From Caldimonas sp. (GTDB lineage: Bacteria; Pseudomonadota; Gammaproteobacteria; Burkholderiales; Burkholderiaceae_C), in the NCBI RefSeq assembly GCF_046289365.1, contig NZ_JBKBVU010000001.1:1-61781 (forward strand): 61,781 nucleotides of DNA. Reading direction: 5' to 3'. Shown one piece after another: positions 1 through 9,193 of the stretch. The notes beneath the pieces were generated by a model. The model was not told the DNA's origin, searched no databases, and was given only the letters and a program-made list of their open reading frames with translations. The stretch's first letter is position 1. The number at the start of each line of letters is the position of its first letter. The position numbers were made by a program, and so were the translations under genes.

Positions 1-626
1 CGGTCGACCATCGCATTGGGGCAGCGGGTGTAGGAAAGCACCCAATCTTTGAGGTGGGACTCTGCGAGCGCGTCGATGAACTGCAGCAGTCCCGCGCGAC
101 AGCGTTGGCCGTTGTGGCGCAGGTTGTCGCAGTTCAAGAGCGTGACGGCTCCGGCGCCAGCCTTCATGCGTGCGCGCAGGATGGTCACGAGCGCGCCATA
201 GATCGTGTGTCCAGCCCGCCCAGACTTCACGGCGTCGAGGTCGGCTTGCAGGTCCGGGAAGTTGGTCCAGTCCAGTTGGTCTTTGGCATTCAGATAGTAG
301 CCCGCTTCGGTGACGGTGAAGCTGATGATGCGGGTGGCAGGATCTGCGCCCAGGGCGATCAGAGGCGCCAAGTCGTCTTGATAGGGGATGATGCGCTGGA
401 TCGATTCGATGACCGTGTAGCTTCGCTGGCCCTGGGGCGTGACGGTCTCCAAGGTGTAGCGGCCGTTTTGCGCTTCGAGCGCGGCGATGGTGTCGGCCAT
501 GTCCGGGCGCAGATTGCCGGCGGCGATGGCCCAGCGCAAGTCGCCTCCTTGGCGCAGCTGGTGGAGGTAGACGGCTTGATGCGCACGGTGAAACGAACCC
601 AAGCCGAGATGCAGGATGAAATGCAT
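1..626 (-). CDS. dalD: D-arabinitol 4-dehydrogenase (mannitol dehydrogenase family), 3'-truncated by window edge
   Basis: Not in the ORF track. Manual translation from ATG 626 gives MHFILHLGLGSFHRAHQAVY...IISFTVTEAGYY...LLNCDNLRHNG...CPNAMVDR. HLGLGxFHRAHQ, TVTExGY, CDN and NxMVDR are family motifs. Confidence 0.88.
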   Translation of the reverse strand, partial: MHFILHLGLGSFHRAHQAVYLHQLRQGGDLRWAIAAGNLRPDMADTIAALEAQNGRYTLETVTPQGQRSYTVIESIQRIIPYQDDLAPLIALGADPATRIISFTVTEAGYYLNAKDQLDWTNFPDLQADLDAVKSGRAGHTIYGALVTILRARMKAGAGAVTLLNCDNLRHNGQRCRAGLLQFIDALAESHLKDWVLSYTRCPNAMVD

Positions 627-651
627 GATGTGTGGCTGCAAAGTGAGCGTG

Positions 652-1386
652 TCAGAGATCGAAGTTCGTGGGCATGAGCACGACGTCGCGAATGGTCATG
701 CTGCGCGGCCGAGTGAGCATGAACAGCACCACCTCGGCCACGTCGCGGGCCTCGATGAGACTGCCGTTGGCTTTGGCCTGGGCGAGCTTGTCGGCGGGCC
801 AATCGGAGAGCAGGCCGGTGATGACCGGGCCGGGCGAGACCGAACCCACACGGATGCCATGTTTGAATACCTGCCGTCGCACCGTCTGCACGAAGCAGTG
901 AATGGCCCATTTGGACGATGCATAGACCGGCTCCCAAGGCGTGGGGAAGTGAGCGGCCAGCGAGCTGGTGACGATGATGTCGCCTGTGCCGCGCTCGATC
1001 ATGTGCGGCAGCACGTTGTGCACGTTCTTCATCACCGCTCCGACATTGAGACCGAGCATGCGGTCGATGGCTTGCGGTGTCGTCTCCAGCAAGTCGCCGC
1101 CGATGTACAGGCCCGCGTTGGCATGGAAGATGTCCAACCGATCCACCAGGCTCAAGGTGCGTTGCAGCAGGCAGTTGCATTGCGCCGGGTCTAGCAAGTC
1201 CAGCACCAAAGGGCGAGCCTGCGGACCGATCGTTGCGCATGCTCTTGCCAAGGCTGTGGCATCGTGGTCGATCAACACCACTTGTGCGCCGGCATCAGCC
1301 ATGGCCTTGGCACAGGCCAATCCGATGCCCGATGCTGCACCCGTGATGGCGGCGGTTTTGCCGTGCAAAGCTGGCAGGGTGACCAT
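652..1386 (-). CDS. rbtD: Short-chain dehydrogenase, ribitol 2-dehydrogenase-like
   Basis: ITGAASGIG Rossmann motif, HANAGLY, YASSK catalytic motif and C-terminal MTIRDVVLMPTNFDL resemble RbtD. Start placed at MVTLPAL (ATG 1386). Confidence 0.8.
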   Translation of the reverse strand: MVTLPALHGKTAAITGAASGIGLACAKAMADAGAQVVLIDHDATALARACATIGPQARPLVLDLLDPAQCNCLLQRTLSLVDRLDIFHANAGLYIGGDLLETTPQAIDRMLGLNVGAVMKNVHNVLPHMIERGTGDIIVTSSLAAHFPTPWEPVYASSKWAIHCFVQTVRRQVFKHGIRVGSVSPGPVITGLLSDWPADKLAQAKANGSLIEARDVAEVVLFMLTRPRSMTIRDVVLMPTNFDL

Positions 1387-1394
1387 CGGCGGGC

Positions 1395-2438
1395 TCAATG
1401 GGTGGCAGGTGGGACGACCCGGCCGGCGGTATCGAACCAATGGGCGTGTGCGACGTCGATGTCCAGGCTGACGGCTTGTCCGGCCTGCAGTGCGGTGCGT
1501 TCGTTTTGACGCGCCACGAACTGCGCCCCAAGGGGCGTGCTGGCGTAGATCAGCGTCTCGGCACCCAGGGCTTCGACCAGGTCCACGCGGGCCACCACGG
1601 GCGTGCTGCCGGCGCCGCGCACACGCACATGCTCGGGCCGCAATCCAACGGCACCGCCTCGAGCACCTTCAGGTGCCTGAGCAAGCACCGATTCCGGCGC
1701 TTGGCTCAGCGCAACGACGTTCATCTGAGGCGTGCCGATGAACTGCGCCACGAACTGGTTGGCAGGCTTGTCATACAGCTCCAGCGGCGTGCCCACTTGT
1801 TCGATCACGCCGTCGCGCAGCACGACCACCCGATCGGCCAAGGTCATGGCTTCGACTTGATCGTGCGTCACGTAAATCGTGGTGGCACCGAGGTCACGGT
1901 GCAGCTTGGCGATCTCCACCCGGGTTTGGCCTCGCAGCGCTGCGTCCAGGTTGGACAGTGGTTCGTCGAAGAGAAACACCTTGGGCGAGCGCACGATGGC
2001 GCGGCCGATGGCCACCCGCTGACGTTGCCCGCCCGACAGCTCCTTCGGGGTGCGGTGGAGATAGGGCGTGAGGTCGAGTATGCGTGCAGCGTTGTGCACT
2101 TTTTCGTCGATCACCTTGGGATCGACCTTGGCCAGCTTGAGCGCAAAGCTCATGTTCTCGTACACGCTCATGTGGGGGTACAGCGCGTAACTCTGGAACA
2201 CCATGGCCAGATCGCGTTTGGACGACGGGGCGTGGGTGATGTCTTTGCCGTCCAGAACGAGCCGCCCGTCGTCGATGTGTTCGAGACCCGCGATCAGGCG
2301 CAGCAGCGTGGATTTGCCGCAACCGGACGGGCCTACGAAGACGATGAACTCTCCTTTCTCGATGCTCAGGTCGATGCCTTTGATGGCGCGGTGAGCGCCG
2401 AAATACTTCTCTATCCCTTGGAGTTGTAGATAAGCCAT
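1395..2438 (-). CDS. smoK: Polyol ABC transporter ATP-binding protein (SmoK/MtlK-like)
   Basis: GPSGCGKS Walker A, LSGGQRQRVA signature, FLFDEPLSNLD; MalK-type architecture. Confidence 0.9.
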   Translation of the reverse strand: MAYLQLQGIEKYFGAHRAIKGIDLSIEKGEFIVFVGPSGCGKSTLLRLIAGLEHIDDGRLVLDGKDITHAPSSKRDLAMVFQSYALYPHMSVYENMSFALKLAKVDPKVIDEKVHNAARILDLTPYLHRTPKELSGGQRQRVAIGRAIVRSPKVFLFDEPLSNLDAALRGQTRVEIAKLHRDLGATTIYVTHDQVEAMTLADRVVVLRDGVIEQVGTPLELYDKPANQFVAQFIGTPQMNVVALSQAPESVLAQAPEGARGGAVGLRPEHVRVRGAGSTPVVARVDLVEALGAETLIYASTPLGAQFVARQNERTALQAGQAVSLDIDVAHAHWFDTAGRVVPPATH

Positions 2439-2460
2439 GGCGTGGTTCACGGGTGGATCG

Positions 2461-3291
2461 TTACTTGACGGCGCCGAAGGTCAGGCCTTGCACCAGCTGC
2501 TTCTGGCTGAACCAGCCGAAGACGACGATGGGGGCGATGGCCATCAGCGAGGCCGCTGACAGCTTGGCCCAGAACAGGCCCTCGGGGCTGGAGTAGCTGG
2601 CAATCAGTGTGGCCAGGGTGCCGGCTTTGGCAGAGCTCAGATTGAGCGCCCAAAAGGACTCGTTCCAGGACAGCACCAAACACAGCAAACCGGTGGAGGC
2701 CACGCCTCCCATGCCCAAGGGCAGCAAGACCTTGGTGGCTTCCTGCCACAGGGTGGCGCCATCCATGCGGGCGGCTTCCAGGATCTCGCGCGGAATCTCC
2801 TTGAAAGACGAGTACAGCATCCACACCATGATGGGCAAGTTGGACAGCGTGAAGACGATGATCAATGCCACTCGCGTGTCCAGCAGATGGCTTTTCTGCG
2901 CCAGCACGTAAATGGGGACCAGCGCGCCCACGGCGGGCATCATCTTGGTCGACAGCATCCACATCAGGATGTCCTTGTCACGCTTGCCCCTGTGGAAGGC
3001 CATGGCGTAGGCCGCCGGTGCTGCAATGGCCAGACCAAGCAGCGTGGACACCACGCTGGTGACCACCGAATTCCAGGCGTAGTGCAGGTAGTCCGAGCGC
3101 TCCTGGACTTCATGGAAGTTCTCCAACGTGGGCTCGAAGAAGAACAAGGGGGGCACCGCGATGGCTTGCAGCTCGGTCTTGAAGGCGGTCAGCAGCAGCC
3201 ATCCCAGCGGGAAAAACAACGCCAAGGAGGTGGACCACGCGAGCGCGGTACGTACCGCGCCGGTCAGGGTGAAGGTGGATCGACGTGCCAT
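2461..3291 (-). CDS. smoG: Polyol ABC transporter permease (SmoG/MtlG-like)
   Basis: EAARMDGA loop, hydrophobic helices, C-terminal QKQLVQGLTFGAVK. Start placed at MARRSTF. Confidence 0.88.
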   Translation of the reverse strand: MARRSTFTLTGAVRTALAWSTSLALFFPLGWLLLTAFKTELQAIAVPPLFFFEPTLENFHEVQERSDYLHYAWNSVVTSVVSTLLGLAIAAPAAYAMAFHRGKRDKDILMWMLSTKMMPAVGALVPIYVLAQKSHLLDTRVALIIVFTLSNLPIMVWMLYSSFKEIPREILEAARMDGATLWQEATKVLLPLGMGGVASTGLLCLVLSWNESFWALNLSSAKAGTLATLIASYSSPEGLFWAKLSAASLMAIAPIVVFGWFSQKQLVQGLTFGAVK

Positions 3292-3299
3292 CGCAAGCT

Positions 3300-4181
3300 C
3301 TATTTGTCGAGGTTCTTGCCGACCATGCGGATCAGGAAGATCGCGGCGATGTTGGCCATCAGCACGGCGAACAGGGCGCCGGCCGAAGCCACGCCGGCGT
3401 CGAAGTTCAACAGTGCTTGTTTGAAGATCAGGAACGCCAGGTTGGTACTGGCGTCTCCTGGGCCTCCGCCGGTGGTGGTGTAGATCTCTGCAAAGATCGA
3501 CAAAAGGAAGATCAGTTCGATCATCACGACCACGGCCACCGAACGGCCCAAATGCGGCAAATACAGGTAGCGCAGTTGCTGAAGATAGGTGGCCCCATCC
3601 ATGCGCGCGGCTTCGAGCTGGTCGCGGTCCATGCTCTGCAGCGAGGTCATGAAGATCAGCGTGGCAAAGGGCAGCCATTGCCAAGAGATCATCACGATCA
3701 CCGACAGCAGCGGATGGTCGGTGAGCCAGTCCACGGGTTCGGCACCGAAGAAGGTCCAGATCTGGGCCAACACGCCGTAGATCGGGTTCATCATCATGTT
3801 TTTCCACATCAACGCATTGACCGTGGGCATGACGAAGAACGGCGAAATCAGCAACACACGAACGATGCCGCGTCCTGCGAAAGGCTCATTGACGAGCAAG
3901 GCAATCGCCACGCCCAAGACCACGGTGATGACGATCACGCTGCCCAGCAGCACCACGGTGTTGAGCACCGATGTGGCAAATGACGGGTCGGTGATGAAGA
4001 ACTCGAAGTTCTGCAAACCGACGAAGCCGCTTTGGTCGGGCTGCATCAGGTTGTAGCGGATGACGCTGAAGTACAGCGTCATTGCCAGTGGCACGATCAT
4101 CCACAAAAACAGCGTGGCCACGGCAGGGGTGAGCAGCAGGCGCGGCAGTGTGCGCGAGGCGGGGCGATGCATGGTCGGCAA
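3300..4181 (-). CDS. smoF: Polyol ABC transporter permease (SmoF/MtlF-like)
   Basis: EAARMDGA motif, WQWLPFA, TTTGGGPG; multiple TM segments. Confidence 0.88.
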   Translation of the reverse strand: MPTMHRPASRTLPRLLLTPAVATLFLWMIVPLAMTLYFSVIRYNLMQPDQSGFVGLQNFEFFITDPSFATSVLNTVVLLGSVIVITVVLGVAIALLVNEPFAGRGIVRVLLISPFFVMPTVNALMWKNMMMNPIYGVLAQIWTFFGAEPVDWLTDHPLLSVIVMISWQWLPFATLIFMTSLQSMDRDQLEAARMDGATYLQQLRYLYLPHLGRSVAVVVMIELIFLLSIFAEIYTTTGGGPGDASTNLAFLIFKQALLNFDAGVASAGALFAVLMANIAAIFLIRMVGKNLDK

Positions 4182-4198
4182 TCGATGGAAAACATCGA

Positions 4199-4222
4199 GG
4201 CACCCGCGTCGGTGCGGGTGCC
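4199..4222. other. Intercistronic stem-loop downstream of the binding-protein gene
   Basis: GGCACCCGC-gtcggt-GCGGGTGCC, a 9-bp perfect stem between smoE and smoF. Such stems often stabilise the upstream mRNA segment (inference). Confidence 0.5.
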
Positions 4223-4274
4223 CTTCGTTCGATCAGAAGGCGGGTGAGGACCGTCCGTTGCGCTTAGTTGCTTA

Positions 4275-5579
4275 CTACTTGTAGTAGCCAGCCTTGCGCA
4301 TTTCGCGGTCGGCGGCCGTCTGGCTGGCTTTCAAAGCCGCATCGACGGTGATCCGACCAGACAGCGCAGCGCTCATCTGTTGTCCCACGGCAATGCCAAT
4401 GGCCTGAAATTCCGGGATGGCGGCAAACTGCACGCCGACATATGGGCTCTTGGGCAGGGTGGCGTCGGTCGGGTCGGCCGATTCGATCGCCTTGAGTTCA
4501 GCCGCCGCGAAGCGGGCCACTTTCTGGAACTCCGTGTGGGCGTATGTGGATTTGCGGGTGCCGGTGGGCACATTGGCCCAGCCGTTGGTCTTGGCTACCA
4601 GTTGGATGTAGTCTTTGCTCGTGGCCCAGGTGATGAACTTCTGCGCGGCATCGACTTTCTTGGAGCCCGCCGGAATCGCCAGATTCCAGGACCACAGCCA
4701 GTTGGCGCCCTTGGGCGTGACCGCGACGGGCGCTTGCGCAAAGGCCATGTGCTCGGCCACCTTGGATTGCTTGGGATCACTCACGAAGGACGCTGCGATC
4801 GTCGCATCGACCCACATGCCGCATTTGCCCGAATTGGTCAGCGCCAAAATCTCATTGAAACTGTTGGCCGACGAGCCGGGGGGGCCATAGTTCTTGAGCA
4901 AGTCCACATAGAACGTGATGGCGTCCTTCCACGGCTTGGTGTCGATCTGCGGCTTCCACTGCATGTCGAACCATTGGCCGCCATGGGTGTTGACCAGGGT
5001 CGACAAGAAAGCCATGTTGTCGCCCCAGCCCGGCTTGCCGCGCAAGCAAATGCCATAGGTGTTGGGCGGGTTGTGGATTTTGCGCGCCAGTTCGGCCACC
5101 TGCGTCCAGGTGGGGCGCTCAGGCATTTGGAAGCCCGCTTTGTCCGCCAGATCCTTGCGATACATCAGCATCGAGGACTCGCCGTAAAACGGCGCCGCGT
5201 ACAGCTTGCCGCCCACCGTCAAGGCGCTGCGGATGGCCGGCAGCAGATCGTCGACATCGTAGCTGGCGTCGGTCTTGAGCTCTTGCAGCCAGCCCTTCTT
5301 GCCCCAGATCGGCGCCTCGTACATGCCGATCGTCATGATGTCGAACTGCCCCCCTTTGGTGGCAATGTCGGTGGTCACCCGCTGACGCAACACGCCTTCT
5401 TCCAGCGTGACCCACTTGAGTTTGATGTCGGGGTTGGCGCTTTCGAAATGCTTGGACAGTTTTTGCATTTCGATCATGTGGCCGTTGTTCACGGTGGCGA
5501 TGACCAGCTCGGTGGCCGCGTGGGCGCCCGTGGCGGCCCACAGGCCGGCGGCGAGCAGGGGGATCAGTCGAAATCTCAC
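4275..5579 (-). CDS. smoE: Sorbitol/mannitol ABC transporter substrate-binding protein (SmoE/MtlE-like)
   Basis: GTG start with AAAGGAG RBS; signal peptide ending AHA; IATVNNGHMIEMQ, LEEGVLRQRVTTDIAT and CLRGKPGWGDN are typical of SmoE. Confidence 0.9.
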   Translation of the reverse strand: MRFRLIPLLAAGLWAATGAHAATELVIATVNNGHMIEMQKLSKHFESANPDIKLKWVTLEEGVLRQRVTTDIATKGGQFDIMTIGMYEAPIWGKKGWLQELKTDASYDVDDLLPAIRSALTVGGKLYAAPFYGESSMLMYRKDLADKAGFQMPERPTWTQVAELARKIHNPPNTYGICLRGKPGWGDNMAFLSTLVNTHGGQWFDMQWKPQIDTKPWKDAITFYVDLLKNYGPPGSSANSFNEILALTNSGKCGMWVDATIAASFVSDPKQSKVAEHMAFAQAPVAVTPKGANWLWSWNLAIPAGSKKVDAAQKFITWATSKDYIQLVAKTNGWANVPTGTRKSTYAHTEFQKVARFAAAELKAIESADPTDATLPKSPYVGVQFAAIPEFQAIGIAVGQQMSAALSGRITVDAALKASQTAADREMRKAGYYK

Positions 5580-5941
5580 GTCGTGTCTCCTTTGAACAAA
5601 GGTTTCGGATTCATCGAGCCCTCGGGCTTGCGGGAGGCTTCGCGTCGGAAACCGCAGAACGGATCTTGGTGATACGCCCGCGCGCTTTTGGTACGTGACG
5701 ATGCAAAGCTGATACTGGATTGCGAAAGTTGGCTGGTAATTACCCTGGTTGGCGAAGGAAAGTATCGTGAACGAGCCGGGGGCGTGCCCGGGCTCGTCCT
5801 TGGGCGAGCAGTGAGCCGATGCCGCGACTTGCGGCGGCCGATGCGGGTCGGCGGCGCGAGGGGCCTGCGGCGCACCCGTGGACGAAGGACAGGGATCTGG
5901 GGACGCTGCCGCCGTGGCCGCGGCCTCGGGCCGGGAGGCGA

Positions 5942-6970
5942 TCAGGTGAGCGATTGGCAGCGAGGCCGGCCTTGGGCCAGGCGCTGCAGCACCTGCTCGC
6001 GGCTTGGGGGCTTGCAGCCGACTTGCTGCACGCACAGGCTGGCGCTGGCGATGGCATGGGCCAGCAAGGCCTCCACATCCTCGGCACCGAGTTGCAGGGC
6101 GTCGGCCCGGTTGGCCGAGTGCATCGCCGGGCGGTGCATCAGCGCGGCAAGCATGCCGGCCAGGAAACAGTCGCCGGCGCCCACGGTATCGGCCACGCTC
6201 ACGGGCAAGACCTCGGCGGCGCTCCATGCAGCCCCGTCTCGGGTCATGAAGACGGCCCCCCGAGGGCCGAGGGTCAGGGCGAGCCAGCGCGCCGGCGTGC
6301 ACGCCAGCAGCTCGCGCGCTGCGAGCAGCGAATCGGTTTGAGTGAAGCCCAGGACGTGCAAGTCGTCGTCACTGACCTTGATGAGATCGGCCTGGCCCAG
6401 CGCGGCCATCACGCTGGATCGGTAGGCCGTCATGTCAGGCACGATCGCCGGGCGCAGGTTGGCATCGACCACCACCAGGCGGCCGGCTGCGCGTTGCGCC
6501 TGCAACCAGGGCAAGTACTTGTGGCTGTCATGGGGCACCAAGGCAAGACAGCCGGTGGCCACGGCTTTGAGCCCGGGTTGGGCTGCGCACTGGGCGATCA
6601 TCGTGGCTGCATCGACCCGACGATCGGCCACCGCCTCGCGGTAGAAGCTGTAGCTCGCCTTGCCGGCGTCGTCCAGGCTGACCACGGCCAGCGAGGTCGG
6701 TTCATGGACGGGTTCCTCGTGCGCCAGCGTCACGCCGGCATCGACGAGGGCCTGGGCCAGCCCGCGGCCGAAGCGATCCCGTGACAGGGGGTTGAGATAG
6801 AGCGTGCCCACGCCTTGCAGGCCCAGGGCACGGGTGAGGTTGTACACCGCGCCGCCATCACAGGGCCGCAGGCGGCCGTCGGCATCTTGGATCAGATCCA
6901 TCAGGGCCTCGCCGGCGGTGGCGACGGTGACCGGCGTGGAGGACGGGACGTCAGGGGCAGGGAAAACCAT
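5942..6970 (-). CDS. PfkB-family carbohydrate kinase (fructokinase-like)
   Basis: GEALMD, GGAVYN, DANLRP and DTVGAGDCF PfkB signature. Confidence 0.88.
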   Translation of the reverse strand: MVFPAPDVPSSTPVTVATAGEALMDLIQDADGRLRPCDGGAVYNLTRALGLQGVGTLYLNPLSRDRFGRGLAQALVDAGVTLAHEEPVHEPTSLAVVSLDDAGKASYSFYREAVADRRVDAATMIAQCAAQPGLKAVATGCLALVPHDSHKYLPWLQAQRAAGRLVVVDANLRPAIVPDMTAYRSSVMAALGQADLIKVSDDDLHVLGFTQTDSLLAARELLACTPARWLALTLGPRGAVFMTRDGAAWSAAEVLPVSVADTVGAGDCFLAGMLAALMHRPAMHSANRADALQLGAEDVEALLAHAIASASLCVQQVGCKPPSREQVLQRLAQGRPRCQSLT

Positions 6971-6973
6971 AAC

Positions 6974-6990
6974 TAAATCTAGTTGATTTA
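6974..6990. promoter_or_regulatory. Candidate ROK (FrcR) operator overlapping the divergent pfkB/frcB promoters
   Basis: Palindrome TAAATC-tagtt-GATTTA in an AT-rich patch. It overlaps TTGATT(6983-6988)-18 bp-TATAGT(7007-7012) on + and TAGATT on -. Confidence 0.65.
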
Positions 6991-7109
6991 TTTACGTGTG
7001 GGTAACTATAGTGGCTTGCATCCGCAGCGGATGCCGGGGTTTGTCCCGACCGAGGGGGCCGAACATGCGGCCGGGGCTGCGGAGAAGACCGGATCTGAGG
7101 AGACTTTTC

Positions 7110-8108
7110 ATGCACAAAGCCGTCTTCGTGTCGTCCCTGCTGGCTGTGGCGATGGGCTGCGTCTTGGCGCAGCCCCAACCCGTGATCGGGCTGATCATCA
7201 AGACCGAGTCCAACCCCTTCTTCGTGAAGATGAAGGAAGGTGCCGAGGCCGAAGCCAAGAAGCTGGGCGCCAAGCTGATCGTGGCCTCTGGCAAAACCGA
7301 TGGTGACAATGCCGGCCAAGTGACCGCGATGGAGAACATGGTGGCCGCTGGCGCCAAGACCATCTTGATCGCGCCCAGCGATGCCAAGGCCATCATTCCC
7401 GCCATCAGAAGAGCCCAGGCGCAAGGCGTGATGGTGATCGCTTTGGACAGCCCGACCGACCCGCCGTCCGCGGTGGACGCATTTTTCGCCACCGACAACT
7501 ACAAGGCCGGTGTGTTGATTGGACAGTACGCCAAGGCCGCCCTGGGTGCCAAGAAGCCCGTGATCGCCACCTTGGACCTGTTTCCCGGGCATCCGGTCGG
7601 TGCACAACGTCACAACGGCTTCCTCAAAGGCATGGGCTTGAAGGCTCCGGACGCCAAGAGCAATGAACTGGGAGGCAAGGCCGCTGGCGTGGTGTGCATG
7701 GCCGATAGCTACGGCGATGCGGCCAAGGGGCAGACGGGGATGGAAAACTGCCTGCAAAAAAATCCAGACATCAATGTGGTCTACACCATCAATGAGCCGG
7801 CCGCCGCGGGGGCGTACAAAGCGCTCAAGGCCGCTGGCCGGGACAAGGACGTGATCATCGTCTCGGTCGACGGCGGCTGCGCCGGGGTGAAGGACGTGGG
7901 AGCCGGCGCGATCGCCGCCACCAGCCAGCAATACCCCTTGCGCATGGCTTCGATGGGCGTGGCCGCCGGCGTCGAATACGCCAAGACGGGCAAGAAGGCC
8001 AGCGGCTACACCGACACCGGCGTGACGCTGATCGCCGCCAAGCCCCTGCCGGGTGTGGAGAGCAAGGACGTAGCCACCGGGCTGGAGCTTTGCTGGGGGA
8101 ACAAGTAA
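7110..8108 (+). CDS. frcB: Fructose/ribose/mannose ABC substrate-binding protein
   Basis: GAGGAG RBS, signal peptide; KTESNPFFVKMK, ATDNYKAG, SVDGGC and QQYPLRMA as in FrcB. Confidence 0.85.
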   Translation: MHKAVFVSSLLAVAMGCVLAQPQPVIGLIIKTESNPFFVKMKEGAEAEAKKLGAKLIVASGKTDGDNAGQVTAMENMVAAGAKTILIAPSDAKAIIPAIRRAQAQGVMVIALDSPTDPPSAVDAFFATDNYKAGVLIGQYAKAALGAKKPVIATLDLFPGHPVGAQRHNGFLKGMGLKAPDAKSNELGGKAAGVVCMADSYGDAAKGQTGMENCLQKNPDINVVYTINEPAAAGAYKALKAAGRDKDVIIVSVDGGCAGVKDVGAGAIAATSQQYPLRMASMGVAAGVEYAKTGKKASGYTDTGVTLIAAKPLPGVESKDVATGLELCWGNK

Positions 8109-8231
8109 GCGGTTGTGCGCATGCCGCTGTGCCGGCTGACCTCGTCTGGGCGCATCGGGCCCGGCGAGGGGCCGGGCCGGGGATGCACGGCTTGGCGGCT
8201 GCCTGCACCGATCTCACACAGACCCGATGTC

Positions 8232-9191
8232 ATGAAGATCTTGCGCAACTCATTGCCCCCTGCGGGCACCTTGGGGCCTTTCATGGCCCTGCTATGTGCC
8301 TGCGCGTTTTTCGCCACCCAAAGCGAGCGCTTTCTCACCCTGCAGAACTTTTCGCTGATCTTGCAGCAGGTGATGGTGGTGGGAACGATTGCGATCGGCC
8401 AGACCTTGATCATCCTGACTGCCGGGATCGATCTGTCTTGCGGCATGGTGATGGCCCTGGGCGCCATCGTCATGACCAAGACGGCGGCCGATTTCGGTTT
8501 GTCAGCGCCGCTGGCCATCGCGCTGGGTCTGGCGGTGACCATGCTGTTCGGCCTGGCCAATGGTTTGCTGGTCACCAAGGCCAAGCTGCCGCCGTTCATT
8601 GTGACGCTGGGCATGCTCAATATTGCGTTTGCGATCACCCAGCTCTATTCGGGCTCGCAAACCATCACCGAGGTGCCCGAGGGCCTGACTTGGCTGGGCA
8701 ACAGCTTTCGCATCGGTCAGGCCAACATCTTGTATGGCGTGGTGCTGATGCTGGCGCTGTATCTGATCACTTGGCTGTATCTGCGTGACACCGCACCGGG
8801 CCGCCACATCTATGCGGTGGGCAACAACCCCGAAGCCACCCGCCTGACGGGCATTTCCACCGACAAGGTGCTGCTGGGCGTGTACATGATGGCCGGTGTG
8901 TTCTACGGCATTGCCTCGCTGCTGTCGGTGGCGCGCATCGGTGCTGGCGATCCCAATGCGGGTCAGACCGAGAACCTGGACGCCATCACCGCCGTGGTAC
9001 TGGGCGGCACCAGTCTGTTCGGCGGACGCGGTATCGTTCTGGGCACGCTGGTGGGCGCGCTGATCGTGGGAGTGTTTCGCAACGGCCTCACGCTCATGGG
9101 CGTGTCGTCGGTGTATCAGATCCTGGTCACGGGCATCTTGGTGATTCTGGCGGTCCTCACCGACCGGATGTCCCGCCAAGGAGGGCGCTGA
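8232..9191 (+). CDS. frcC: Fructose ABC transporter permease
   Basis: ILTAGIDLSCG, YAVGNNPEA, AVVLGGTSLFGGRG (RbsC-type). Confidence 0.85.
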   Translation: MKILRNSLPPAGTLGPFMALLCACAFFATQSERFLTLQNFSLILQQVMVVGTIAIGQTLIILTAGIDLSCGMVMALGAIVMTKTAADFGLSAPLAIALGLAVTMLFGLANGLLVTKAKLPPFIVTLGMLNIAFAITQLYSGSQTITEVPEGLTWLGNSFRIGQANILYGVVLMLALYLITWLYLRDTAPGRHIYAVGNNPEATRLTGISTDKVLLGVYMMAGVFYGIASLLSVARIGAGDPNAGQTENLDAITAVVLGGTSLFGGRGIVLGTLVGALIVGVFRNGLTLMGVSSVYQILVTGILVILAVLTDRMSRQGGR

Positions 9192-9193
9192 GC

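Noticed and set aside
54-677. 207-aa plus-strand ORF at the window start
   Set aside because: The real gene is dalD on the minus strand, running off the edge.
5580-6302. N-terminal extension of the 675-aa smoE ORF; similar extensions on smoG, hemY, boxC, boxD, DUF4863 and gmk
   Set aside because: The extensions overlap neighbouring genes or promoters. Downstream starts with an RBS or family-typical N-termini fit better, so these are not fusions.
8153-8187. GC-rich hairpin between frcB and frcC as a novel RNA
   Set aside because: An ordinary stem-loop downstream of an ABC binding-protein gene.
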